From a virus (taxonomy: Duplodnaviria; Heunggongvirae; Uroviricota; Caudoviricetes), in the IMG/VR virus record IMGVR_UViG_3300013105_000002, positions 1 to 64,000 of that record: a stretch of DNA of 64,000 nucleotides. One strand, given 5' to 3'. Numbering within the stretch: position 1 is the first letter of the stretch; each line of letters starts with the position of its first letter. Position numbers and translations under genes: made by a program. Under the pieces are notes generated by a model. That model was not told where the DNA came from. It saw nothing but the letters and a program-made list of their open reading frames with translations, and did no database searches. Below are positions 27,312 to 34,644 of this stretch, one piece after another.

Positions 27312-27685
27312 TGTTGGAAGAGACCGAGGCACACAAGCGGTGAGAGTCCGTTATTCCAACGCACTACCGGAGTGGATAGCAAGTCGCTGCTTGGCTTGCA
27401 AGGACGAAACTCCACTAGGGTTGACTTTAAATCAGCCCCTTTGATTTGTGAATAGAGAGAGTCCACGACTCAGACACAAGCCTCTCATGGCGAGCCGTCA
27501 ATGATTTAGACACCACGCTACTAGTGACACGTTCCATGGAACACGTCCACGCCTCTGACGTTCTCTATTAAACGTTGTATCCGAATGCACGCATCCGTGA
27601 TAACATGACCAATGTCTCTCTCTAGGGTAGGTCTGATCAACCTACCGGCCCCGAGCGCAATGCATGGCGCTCGGGGTCTCATATT
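27312..27685 (+). ncRNA. candidate ~375-nt noncoding RNA (ncRNA-1)
   Basis: promoter P2 to strong terminator (ggccccgagcgc/gcgctcggggtc 27647-27678 + U tail); no ORF >11 aa; multiple hairpins incl. GNRA-looped stems. Confidence 0.5.
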
Positions 27686-27694
27686 GTCATCCAT

Positions 27695-27745
27695 ATACAC
27701 TGGGGGTATCTAGACTCTTGACATGAGCGCTGGTAGGCATAGACT
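27695..27745 (+). promoter_or_regulatory. operator + promoter P3
   Basis: op ATACACTGGGGGTAT 27695-27709; -35 TTGACA 27718-27723; -10 TAGACT 27740-27745. Confidence 0.55.
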
Positions 27746-27751
27746 GAGGAT

Positions 27752-27949
27752 ATGAAATCACCACGAAGAGCAATCATCTACAGCCACGGGCTACGCCCTG
27801 CATTTGACAAGCGCAAGTACAGCGATGACAAGAATCAGGCGCGGCGTGCTGCGAAGGGCGGTGTGCCTTGTGAGAAGTGTGGCAGGGTATACAAAGACCC
27901 CAACAGAAAGCACAACTCCGATCCCAAGAACAAGACGCCATGCCTTTGA
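27752..27949 (+). CDS. hypothetical basic protein
   Basis: 65 aa; CEKCG pair. Confidence 0.5.
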   Translation: MKSPRRAIIYSHGLRPAFDKRKYSDDKNQARRAAKGGVPCEKCGRVYKDPNRKHNSDPKNKTPCL

Positions 27950-27963
27950 GCATGGCCCCCTAT

Positions 27964-27993
27964 ATATCCCTAGGGTATGTCAGAGACTTGACA
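27964..27993 (+). promoter_or_regulatory. operator + -35 of promoter P4
   Basis: op ATATCCCTAGGGTAT 27964-27978; -35 TTGACA 27988-27993; -10 unclear. Confidence 0.4.
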
Positions 27994-28022
27994 GCCCTGA
28001 AGACACATGAGAGAGTATGCAT

Positions 28023-28178
28023 ATGAACAGGAACAAGCGGGCGCAGGCCCCCAAGCGAATCAACCGTCATGACTCTGCAATCGGTGACAAGCGCCGTGCG
28101 CGAAGTGGTCCGGTCATCCGAGGACAGCGTTTCGACAGGAACGATTTCCGCAACCAGAGCATGCGGGGTGAGTGGTGA
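28023..28178 (+). CDS. small basic protein (51 aa)
   Basis: ATG directly downstream of P4. Confidence 0.35.
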   Translation: MNRNKRAQAPKRINRHDSAIGDKRRARSGPVIRGQRFDRNDFRNQSMRGEW

Positions 28179-28336
28179 AGACTTTCGATCCTCTAGAGGT
28201 GACCCTCGTTTATGTCGATGTTCTTGGTACTGAGTACCGACAGAGTGCTGCCGACATTGTGGAAGTTGGAACCCTCATCGATCCTGACACCGGCGACGAT
28301 ATGGAACTCGTGCGAGTCGAAGTTCCCAACAACTAG
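28175..28336 (+). CDS. small acidic protein (53 aa)
   Basis: GTGA overlap; ends before next operator. Confidence 0.35.
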   Translation: MKTFDPLEVTLVYVDVLGTEYRQSAADIVEVGTLIDPDTGDDMELVRVEVPNN

Positions 28337-28366
28337 CAGATTGGCCCTTCGGGGTCAAGCCCCAAT

Positions 28367-28447
28367 ATACCCTGAGTGTATGTCTTGGAGGTATATACCC
28401 TAGGGGTACCAAACCGTATTGACACACCCCCGGCATCCCTGTAATGT
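28367..28447 (+). promoter_or_regulatory. two operators + promoter P5
   Basis: ops 28367-28381, 28395-28409; -35 TTGACA 28419-28424; -10 TAATGT 28442-28447. Confidence 0.55.
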
Positions 28448-28453
28448 TTGAGT

Positions 28454-28550
28454 TGTTGGAGAGAGCAACGGTGAACCAAAGAGTGTGCTTCAAGTCTGGC
28501 ACCGGATTGGGAAAGGGCACTCTCTCCAACTCAGAAAGTTTCTTAGCACA
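28454..28550 (+). ncRNA. structured RNA element (ncRNA-2 or long 5' leader of Lsr2-like gene)
   Basis: 5' TTGTTGGAGAGAG pairs with downstream CTCTCTCCAAC; 5' end paralogous to ncRNA-1; no ORF. Confidence 0.4.
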
Positions 28551-28555
28551 ATCGC

Positions 28556-28584
28556 TTGACACTCTGGTCTACATGGATTAGAGT
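28556..28584 (+). promoter_or_regulatory. promoter P6 (no operator) TTGACA-17-TAGAGT
   Basis: -35 28556-28561, -10 28579-28584; RBS GAAAGGA then ATG 28639. Confidence 0.5.
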
Positions 28585-28638
28585 ACGTAGTACCGGGAAA
28601 GAGACACACGGTCTCTCCCAAACGAAAGGACAACCATC

Positions 28639-29025
28639 ATGGCTTCCAAGCGCATCGCCAACCCGACCGAGGTCCGCACGTGGGCTGCCGCCAACCTCGC
28701 CACCATCGACGGGCTCCCCGAGGGCTACCGCCTCGGTGACCGGGGTCAGTTCCCGCCCGCCGTCATCACCGCCTTCAACAAGGCGCACAAGAACGTCAAG
28801 TACGTGCGTGGCGCGTTCGTCAACAAGACGGCGGTCAAGTTCACCCGCGTGACCGACAAGGGCCGCAAGGTGCCCGGTGTGGCTCACATCGACACCACGA
28901 AGGTCCGTGAGGCTGCCCGTGAGGCCGGTCTGGCGCTCCCGTCCAAGGGCCGTCTTCCGCAGGCCGTGAAGGTCGCCTACGCGCAGGGTCCGGACGCCCT
29001 GAAGGCGCTTGCCGCCACGGTCTGA
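28639..29025 (+). CDS. Lsr2-like DNA-binding protein with two tandem Lsr2-type C-terminal domains
   Basis: VRTWAAANL..LGDRGQFPPAVITAF and VREAAREAGLALPSKGRLPQAVKVAY resemble Lsr2 DBD (RGRIPADVIDAY). Confidence 0.65.
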   Translation: MASKRIANPTEVRTWAAANLATIDGLPEGYRLGDRGQFPPAVITAFNKAHKNVKYVRGAFVNKTAVKFTRVTDKGRKVPGVAHIDTTKVREAAREAGLALPSKGRLPQAVKVAYAQGPDALKALAATV

Positions 29026-29033
29026 AGGCCGCA

Positions 29034-29057
29034 GGGCCTCCCCTCCGGGGGAGGCCC
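29034..29057 (+). terminator. hairpin terminator
   Basis: gggcctcccc tcc ggggaggccc. Confidence 0.55.
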
Positions 29058-29075
29058 TAGCCTTTCGTCTATCAC

Positions 29076-29128
29076 ATACCCCAAGGGTATCCCATCGGAG
29101 TTGACAGGCTACTGTGAGCGTGTAGACT
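29076..29128 (+). promoter_or_regulatory. operator + promoter P7
   Basis: op ATACCCCAAGGGTAT 29076-29090; -35 TTGACA 29101-29106; -10 TAGACT 29123-29128. Confidence 0.6.
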
Positions 29129-29160
29129 GAACCTATCAACCCACGACATTGGAGGAACCA

Positions 29161-29586
29161 ATGAGCAAGCACTACCCCGGAACTCCCAAGGCATGGGCCG
29201 CCGAGCGCGGTCTCTGTGGCACGGGACGTGGACGCCCGCCCAAGGCTGCCATGGATGCCATTGCGGCTGCCATCGCTGACGGTTGGACGTTCGGCGGTGG
29301 GTCGGTGGTGGTGAACAAGTCCGCTGAGCCCACGGGGCCGGTGGTGGAGAAGCCCAAGGACGACAGCCCCAAGGGTGAGGCTGAAGGCGTGAACGTCTAC
29401 GCTGACGCGTTCTACCGCTATGACCGTGAGCAGAAATTCTACTATGAGCATGAGGGCAAGCGTCACGAGTGCTCTGGTCGCACGGCTTGCATGGGCTGTG
29501 GATACAGTCTCATTGGACACACGTGCAACGAAATGGTAGGCTTGACCAAGCACGGACAGAAAGTCATCAAGCCGCTGGGAGAGTGA
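29161..29586 (+). CDS. protein with N-terminal Lsr2-type DNA-binding motif and C-terminal Cys cluster
   Basis: RBS GGAGG; KAWAAERG..GRGRPPKAAMDAIAAA; C-terminal HECSGRTACMGCG. Confidence 0.55.
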   Translation: MSKHYPGTPKAWAAERGLCGTGRGRPPKAAMDAIAAAIADGWTFGGGSVVVNKSAEPTGPVVEKPKDDSPKGEAEGVNVYADAFYRYDREQKFYYEHEGKRHECSGRTACMGCGYSLIGHTCNEMVGLTKHGQKVIKPLGE

Positions 29587-29589
29587 CAT

Positions 29590-29862
29590 ATGGCACGCAT
29601 GAGCATTGAACAGAAACTCGCTGACAAGGTGGTGGATGCCACTCTGAGAGCAGACTTCGATGCGCCTCGGTTTGCCTACATCATGAACCGTTGTGGATGG
29701 AAGATTCAGGAAGTTCTGTTTCAGGTGGTGCTCGGGATGATCCGTCACTGGGCTATTGACCTAGAGACGGACAACACCAAGGGTGGAGCCGATGAGTATT
29801 ACCGGCTGACCATCAAGGCGAAAATCCTGCAGGATGCCATCGACCGTAACAAAATCGAGTGA
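29590..29862 (+). CDS. hypothetical protein
   Basis: 90-aa ORF. Confidence 0.5.
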   Translation: MARMSIEQKLADKVVDATLRADFDAPRFAYIMNRCGWKIQEVLFQVVLGMIRHWAIDLETDNTKGGADEYYRLTIKAKILQDAIDRNKIE

Positions 29863-29911
29863 GATTAGGGAGTCATCGTAAGAGGTGGCTCCCTACCTCA
29901 TTGGGGTATGC

Positions 29912-29990
29912 ATACCCTTGGGGTATTTGTATTGATACATACCCCGGGGGTATTGTCAGGGCTTGACGGATGACTCTGAGGTGATAGTCT
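29912..29990 (+). promoter_or_regulatory. operators + promoter P8 (leaderless)
   Basis: ops 29912-29926, 29939-29953 (plus inverted copy 29903-29917); -35 TTGACG 29963-29968; -10 TAGTCT 29985-29990; ATG 6 nt later. Confidence 0.6.
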
Positions 29991-29996
29991 TTAGCC

Positions 29997-30509
29997 ATGA
30001 ACCTCACAGACGCACAGATGCTCGCACGCACGGCTCTCGACGCCCACGGTCTCACCGACAAGGGTTGGCGAGTCGAGTGGGACAATGCCAAGAGGCGCAA
30101 CGGCTCTGCCTCATCCTCTGCTCGTGTCATCACCCTGTCGGCACCGCTGACGCACCTGAAGACACCTGAAGAGATGCGTCAGACCATTGGTCACGAAATC
30201 GCTCACGCCCTTGTTGGTACCCAGCACGGACACGGGCCGGTGTGGAAGGCCAAGATGCGGGAGTTGGGCCTAGTCGTGTCCACTACGGCAGTCCTCTCGG
30301 AAGAGACACGCGGCCAGATTGCCACGCTGAGGAACTACACCCTCACGTGCGTGGTGAACGGCAAGAGTCTCGGACACCTTGACAGGATCGTCAAGCAGCG
30401 CAAGGTCAGGCGCGGGGGCGGGTATGTCCTACGTACCTATGGCGCTCGTGTCTGCAAGTGCCACGGGGAGCCTGTCCTCTACAACGGCAAGTCATGGGAC
30501 GATATCTGA
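29997..30509 (+). CDS. SprT-like zinc metallopeptidase
   Basis: GHEIAHAL (HExxH) + downstream H/G; C-terminal CKCHG zinc ribbon. Confidence 0.7.
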   Translation: MNLTDAQMLARTALDAHGLTDKGWRVEWDNAKRRNGSASSSARVITLSAPLTHLKTPEEMRQTIGHEIAHALVGTQHGHGPVWKAKMRELGLVVSTTAVLSEETRGQIATLRNYTLTCVVNGKSLGHLDRIVKQRKVRRGGGYVLRTYGARVCKCHGEPVLYNGKSWDDI

Positions 30510-30538
30510 AAGGCAAGGCCCTACGGGGTCTAACCGTT

Positions 30539-30590
30539 ATACCCTGAGGGTAATTCCACCATTGACACCCGCGCCGGTAGGTGGTTGAAT
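30539..30590 (+). promoter_or_regulatory. operator + promoter P9
   Basis: op 30539-30553; -35 TTGACA 30562-30567; -10 TTGAAT 30585-30590. Confidence 0.5.
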
Positions 30591-30622
30591 AGCACTATCA
30601 ACCAAACGTCCTAGGAGGACAC

Positions 30623-30805
30623 ATGAAGACGGTAACTCTCTACTTCGTTGCACAGCCCGAGCCTGATGGCAGCACGCCGAACCCGAGCCTCTTCTACCTG
30701 AACGAAGACTACGACTTCGTGTCTCAGGAAGTTCCTCAGGGTGAGCGTGTCTACAGCGTCGGCGCGATCCTCATGGATGACACTGTGGAGGAAGTTGCCA
30801 ACTGA
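30623..30805 (+). CDS. hypothetical protein
   Basis: RBS AGGAGG; 60 aa. Confidence 0.5.
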   Translation: MKTVTLYFVAQPEPDGSTPNPSLFYLNEDYDFVSQEVPQGERVYSVGAILMDDTVEEVAN

Positions 30806-30825
30806 GCCCTTCGGGGTTTAGCCAC

Positions 30826-30875
30826 ATACCCTGAGGGTATGTCTCACTTGACAAGCGCCGGTGGATGCGTAGACT
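30826..30875 (+). promoter_or_regulatory. operator + promoter P10 (leaderless)
   Basis: op ATACCCTGAGGGTAT 30826-30840; -35 30848-30853; -10 TAGACT 30870-30875. Confidence 0.6.
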
Positions 30876-30881
30876 AGAGGC

Positions 30882-31097
30882 ATGGACATGGAAATCATTG
30901 ACACAGTACAGGCCCACACGTTGGAGCCGGGAGACACCATCGAGTACATCGATGACGAGGGACGCCGCTCACTTCAAGAAATCAAGAGCGCCGAAGACCT
31001 CGGAGACACCATCCGTGTGCAGTTGGAAGACTACGACGACGTAGACCTCTATGCTGATGGTGAGCAGAACATCTACGGATATCCTGCCGAAGACTGA
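30882..31097 (+). CDS. hypothetical acidic protein
   Basis: 71-aa ORF. Confidence 0.5.
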   Translation: MDMEIIDTVQAHTLEPGDTIEYIDDEGRRSLQEIKSAEDLGDTIRVQLEDYDDVDLYADGEQNIYGYPAED

Positions 31098-31162
31098 CAG
31101 GAACGCGGGGGAGTCGGAGAAATTCGGCTCCCCCAAACCTGTATCGTAAAGCCCATGAACAT

Positions 31163-31263
31163 TTCCCGAGGGTATCTACATACCCCAAGGGTATAGGATC
31201 ACACAAAACAAATACCCCATGAGGTATGGATGGGCTTGACAGGTCTCTGGGAACTGATAGTCT
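31163..31263 (+). promoter_or_regulatory. three operators + promoter P11 (leaderless)
   Basis: ops 31163-31175, 31180-31194, 31212-31227; -35 TTGACA 31236-31241; -10 TAGTCT 31258-31263. Confidence 0.6.
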
Positions 31264-31269
31264 TTACCT

Positions 31270-31635
31270 ATGAACGAACGAGACAAGCCGATGACCGGCG
31301 AGCACGCAGCAATCATCTTCGCGCAGGGCCTCACCGCCAAGTTCGCAGACAGCGAGTGGCCGTACAACCCTGAGTTCTCCGCTGATCTTTCGGGCAAGAA
31401 GTACATCCGAATCGTCAATGAGGGCAACCCTCACCCCGAGGACCAGACAACGAACCTGTACCGTCGTCAGCGCTCGTGCCACGCGTACGTGGACCGCGAG
31501 ACGGGCGAGGTGTACAAGTCCTCAGGATGGAAGGGTGGACCGGCCAAGGTCAACGGCAAGGCCGATGCACGATACCCCAACGTTTGGGAGGCTCTGGTCA
31601 AGGCTGACCGGAACGGAGGATACCTGTACAAGTAA
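31270..31635 (+). CDS. hypothetical protein
   Basis: 121-aa ORF. Confidence 0.55.
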   Translation: MNERDKPMTGEHAAIIFAQGLTAKFADSEWPYNPEFSADLSGKKYIRIVNEGNPHPEDQTTNLYRRQRSCHAYVDRETGEVYKSSGWKGGPAKVNGKADARYPNVWEALVKADRNGGYLYK

Positions 31636-31653
31636 CAGGTGTCAAGCAGGGAA

Positions 31654-31767
31654 ATACCCTTCGGGGTATTTTCTTGTTCTTACCCTATACCCTAGGGGTA
31701 TGCCTTGAAACGAAATACCCTTGGGGTATGGGATGGTGTTGACAGCCCTGCTCCCATGGTGTTTACT
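31654..31767 (+). promoter_or_regulatory. three operators + promoter P12 (leaderless)
   Basis: ops 31654-31669, 31687-31701, 31715-31729; -35 TTGACA 31739-31744; -10 TTTACT 31762-31767. Confidence 0.55.
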
Positions 31768-31773
31768 AGAGAT

Positions 31774-32037
31774 ATGAACAAGCAGACGCGCAAAGCGTAC
31801 CTCACTGACCTTGGTGCCCGTATCTACAATGCGGACACCTCCACCGAACTCATCGTGATCGCCACGGACATGGCAGATGCCGCGTCCATGGGTCGCTCGG
31901 AGACATGGAAGGGTGCTTGCACGATGGCAGGACGACGCACCCTCGCCAAGTTCAACATCGGTGTCCCGGTGCCATTCAAGGACGTTGGTGCCGTGGTCCA
32001 GCAAGGCTACGATGCCATGGTGGCAGCCAACAAGTAA
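31774..32037 (+). CDS. hypothetical protein
   Basis: ORF 31705 start overlaps promoter; ATG 31774 used. Confidence 0.5.
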   Translation: MNKQTRKAYLTDLGARIYNADTSTELIVIATDMADAASMGRSETWKGACTMAGRRTLAKFNIGVPVPFKDVGAVVQQGYDAMVAANK

Positions 32038-32042
32038 GCCCG

Positions 32043-32064
32043 CTAGGCCCCTCCGGGGGCCTAG
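32043..32064 (+). terminator. hairpin terminator
   Basis: ctaggcccc tccg ggggcctag. Confidence 0.5.
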
Positions 32065-32079
32065 CCTTATTAGCATGAG

Positions 32080-32131
32080 ATACACCGGGGGTATGTTCTA
32101 GGCTTGACACACACTACCAGACTGATAGTAT
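32080..32131 (+). promoter_or_regulatory. operator + promoter P13 (leaderless)
   Basis: op ATACACCGGGGGTAT 32080-32094; -35 32104-32109; -10 TAGTAT 32126-32131. Confidence 0.6.
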
Positions 32132-32137
32132 TTACCC

Positions 32138-32371
32138 ATGAGCCAAATGACATTCCACGAGCAGTTCGGTGAAGTTTCTGTCGCACAACTCCGTGCATAC
32201 AAGGCGCACAACGTCTCTCAGTCCGACCACGACTCCCTCGCCACGTTCTACTCCGAGGGCGGCCACGAGTCCATCACAAAGGCGGTGAAAGACCCACGCA
32301 ACCACGTGCCCGGAACGAGGTTGTTCTCGTGGCACACGTGGTACTCCAACACCGAGCGTTACAACTGGTGA
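32138..32371 (+). CDS. hypothetical protein
   Basis: 77-aa ORF. Confidence 0.5.
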   Translation: MSQMTFHEQFGEVSVAQLRAYKAHNVSQSDHDSLATFYSEGGHESITKAVKDPRNHVPGTRLFSWHTWYSNTERYNW

Positions 32372-32406
32372 ACACACCGGCCCTACGGGGTCCGTGTGTA
32401 TACCCC

Positions 32407-32458
32407 GGGGGTAATTAGAGTGTTGACCACCAGCGCCGGTAGGTGTAGAGTAAAGGTA
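32407..32458 (+). promoter_or_regulatory. operator + promoter P14 (drives ORF-less transcript)
   Basis: op 32407-32421; -35 TTGACC 32430-32435; -10 TAGAGT 32453-32458. Confidence 0.5.
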
Positions 32459-32464
32459 TTGAAG

Positions 32465-32606
32465 GGGATGGAAGGACGCAAGGTGCAAATCCCTGCTAGC
32501 AATTGAACCCTTCGACGCAAGACATGTATGTGACAGTGCATGCCATAGAGACTAGTCATCTCGCCGGGGCCTGAGCCTGACTAACTCAGGTCTCTTGCTT
32601 TTGCCA
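32465..32606 (+). ncRNA. candidate ~140-nt noncoding RNA (ncRNA-3)
   Basis: no + strand ORF; ends in hairpin cctgag...ctcagg + tctcttgcttttg. Confidence 0.4.
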
Positions 32607-32611
32607 TACAC

Positions 32612-32758
32612 ATACCCTAGGGGTAAATTCGGCTCCTAGAATCGCTTATCGTAAACGGTCTGTTCGCTATCCCCCAAGGGTGCACATACCCTCGTGGGAT
32701 TTGATATACCCTTGGGGTATGCCAGACAGGTTGACACGTCCCGGCATGTGAGTAGACT
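32612..32758 (+). promoter_or_regulatory. operators + promoter P15
   Basis: ops 32612-32626, 32686-32700, 32706-32720; -35 32731-32736; -10 TAGACT 32753-32758; leader with RBS GAGGAAA. Confidence 0.55.
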
Positions 32759-32795
32759 TGGACCATCAGCCAAACCGAGTAGTGAGGAAACTACA

Positions 32796-33065
32796 ATGGC
32801 ACGTCAACTCCGAGTCATCGCCCGCGAGATCGTGAAGGACTACGCAGACAAGGGCAAGCCGGTCACGCCGTTTGCCAAGCCGTACGTGGACGCGATGCTC
32901 ACGATGGACAGCGTGGCCGACACCTACGGAGCCGAGAGTGGCGAGTACGTCGTCCTCTACGGGCTGCACAACCTCTCCGGATGGCGAGGCGAGAAGGCAC
33001 GCGAGGTGAAGGCCGAACTGAAGGCTCTTGTCTCCGAGCATCGCAGGGCGAACCCGCGCCGGTGA
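32796..33065 (+). CDS. hypothetical protein
   Basis: ATG 32796 after RBS; 89 aa. Confidence 0.5.
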   Translation: MARQLRVIAREIVKDYADKGKPVTPFAKPYVDAMLTMDSVADTYGAESGEYVVLYGLHNLSGWRGEKAREVKAELKALVSEHRRANPRR

Positions 33066-33070
33066 GTGGA

Positions 33071-33090
33071 GGGGACTTCGGTCCCCTTTT
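33071..33090 (+). terminator. rho-independent terminator
   Basis: ggggac ttcg gtcccc tttt. Confidence 0.6.
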
Positions 33091-33104
33091 CTCATACCCT
33101 GCCA

Positions 33105-33156
33105 ATACCCCGAGGGTATAGTTTGGTGTTGACAGGTCGGGCGGTAGGAGTAGACT
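33105..33156 (+). promoter_or_regulatory. operator + promoter P16 (leaderless)
   Basis: op ATACCCCGAGGGTAT 33105-33119; -35 33129-33134; -10 TAGACT 33151-33156. Confidence 0.6.
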
Positions 33157-33162
33157 GAGAAC

Positions 33163-33375
33163 ATGAAAACGATCAATGGATGCGCAGTCATCGCCCACCG
33201 TCCCTACGGCAACACCCTTCCGTCTGAGGGTTTCGTGATCCTCGCAGTCAAGACGCTCGGTGACTCTTACGAGTACATCACTGCTGTTGTCTCCACGCTC
33301 GATGACAGGGAGTGGTTCTGGGGTCACTACATCACCTCGCTAGAGGAAGCCACGTCCGACTACTTCTCTCGCTGA
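33163..33375 (+). CDS. hypothetical protein
   Basis: 70-aa ORF. Confidence 0.5.
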   Translation: MKTINGCAVIAHRPYGNTLPSEGFVILAVKTLGDSYEYITAVVSTLDDREWFWGHYITSLEEATSDYFSR

Positions 33376-33405
33376 GAGGGGAGGCCCCACGGGGTCTTTC
33401 CATAT

Positions 33406-33457
33406 ATACCCTGAGGGTATGTCAACGCATTGACAGCCCTCCAATCCTTGATAGGAT
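33406..33457 (+). promoter_or_regulatory. operator + promoter P17 (leaderless)
   Basis: op 33406-33420; -35 33430-33435; -10 TAGGAT 33452-33457. Confidence 0.55.
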
Positions 33458-33463
33458 GTAGTC

Positions 33464-33631
33464 ATGTACTACGACATGGACGACCACCGTTGCTTCGACT
33501 GTGATGGGCGCTACTGCCCACCGGGCCAGTGCCTCCGTACCGAGACCTCCGTGTGGGTCGTGGGTCACGGTTGGACCGACCCCGAGACTGCCAAGGGCTT
33601 TGAGGCTCTGGGAAGGACGGTGCAGTGGTGA
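33464..33631 (+). CDS. small Cys-rich protein (55 aa)
   Basis: CFDCDGRYCPPGQC; below track cutoff. Confidence 0.4.
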   Translation: MYYDMDDHRCFDCDGRYCPPGQCLRTETSVWVVGHGWTDPETAKGFEALGRTVQW

Positions 33632-33649
33632 GGCTTCGGCCTTACACAT

Positions 33650-33701
33650 ATCCCCTAAGGGTATGTCTAGGTGTTGACACCTGACCTGTAGGGTGTAGAC
33701 T
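33650..33701 (+). promoter_or_regulatory. operator + promoter P18
   Basis: op ATCCCCTAAGGGTAT 33650-33664; -35 33674-33679; -10 TAGACT 33696-33701. Confidence 0.55.
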
Positions 33702-33708
33702 TAGGGAC

Positions 33709-33918
33709 ATGAAGACGATCACAGTGACCATGACCGGCGAGGCTTTCGAGTCCTACAGCGTGGACGGGGCCTACTTCCCCGAGTTCAAGAACGACGAGAG
33801 CGGCGAGTGGGATGCCATTCCTGCCGTCTTCGTCGGACGCCCCATCATGCACCGTGGACAGGTGGGAGACGCAACGATCCTCTACGGGCTCGACGTTCGG
33901 AAGGTGACAATGCAGTAA
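33709..33918 (+). CDS. hypothetical protein
   Basis: 69-aa ORF. Confidence 0.5.
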   Translation: MKTITVTMTGEAFESYSVDGAYFPEFKNDESGEWDAIPAVFVGRPIMHRGQVGDATILYGLDVRKVTMQ

Positions 33919-33950
33919 AGGGCAGGCCCCTCCGGGGGTCACTCCCATAT

Positions 33951-34003
33951 ATACCCTCGGGGTAAGTCTGAGACTTGACATGCATGCCCTAGGGGTACAT
34001 AAT
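33951..34003 (+). promoter_or_regulatory. operator + promoter P19 (leaderless); half-operator inside spacer
   Basis: op 33951-33965; -35 33975-33980; -10 CATAAT 33998-34003. Confidence 0.5.
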
Positions 34004-34009
34004 TGGAAC

Positions 34010-34213
34010 ATGAACACGATCCGAGACCTCATCCTCACCGCCAACGGTGGCAGTATGCACACGGCCACCCTGAACACGCTCACCATGCTTGTGTTCGCGG
34101 TCCTCTTCATCGCTGCCGGTGTTGCTTGCGCCTACGTCGTGGCAGCCCTCACGGCACAGCACAAGGCTCACATGCACACCGACAAGGTGACCGTCATCAC
34201 CGACGCACAGTGA
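34010..34213 (+). CDS. small membrane protein
   Basis: ATG 34010; one TM helix. Confidence 0.5.
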   Translation: MNTIRDLILTANGGSMHTATLNTLTMLVFAVLFIAAGVACAYVVAALTAQHKAHMHTDKVTVITDAQ

Positions 34214-34229
34214 CCCCGGAAGGGGCTAT

Positions 34230-34281
34230 ATACCCTTAGGGTATGTTTGAGGTTTGACACAATGCCCCAAACTGATATGCT
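34230..34281 (+). promoter_or_regulatory. operator + promoter P20
   Basis: op ATACCCTTAGGGTAT 34230-34244; -35 34254-34259; -10 TATGCT 34276-34281. Confidence 0.55.
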
Positions 34282-34309
34282 TGTCCTACCAACCACGGAA
34301 GGGGACACA

Positions 34310-34516
34310 ATGTCTCGCAAGGATTACGAAGCGCTCGCGGCAGTCATCGCGGGTGAGGTGGCATGTGCGGCAGGTAACAAGGACAAACTGCGCACGTCCT
34401 CCAACATCGCTCGGAGCATGGCTGACGTGTTCCACCGTGGAAACGAGCGTTTCGACCGTGTGCGCTTTTACAAGGCTTGCGGACTGGACATGACGGGCGG
34501 TTTCCCCGACGTGTGA
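34310..34516 (+). CDS. hypothetical protein
   Basis: RBS GGAAGGGGA + ATG 34310. Confidence 0.5.
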   Translation: MSRKDYEALAAVIAGEVACAAGNKDKLRTSSNIARSMADVFHRGNERFDRVRFYKACGLDMTGGFPDV

Positions 34517-34521
34517 GAGCG

Positions 34522-34545
34522 TGGCCCCTACGGGGGCCATTGCTT
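34522..34545 (+). terminator. rho-independent terminator
   Basis: tggcccc tacg ggggcca + ttgctttt. Confidence 0.6.
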
Positions 34546-34556
34546 TTACCTAGCAT

Positions 34557-34608
34557 ATACCCTCGGGGTATATATAGGCTTGACAGTGCACCTAGGGTGT
34601 GATTGAAT
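34557..34608 (+). promoter_or_regulatory. operator + promoter P21
   Basis: op ATACCCTCGGGGTAT 34557-34571; -35 34580-34585; -10 TTGAAT 34603-34608. Confidence 0.55.
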
Positions 34609-34644
34609 TGTCTTCTCAACCAGAACACCTCCCAAGGAGACACC

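Noticed and set aside
28212-28403. 63-aa ORF from the track
   Set aside because: It reads through the operator/promoter P5. The alternative frame (28175-28336) stops before the operator and has a GTGA overlap with the upstream gene.
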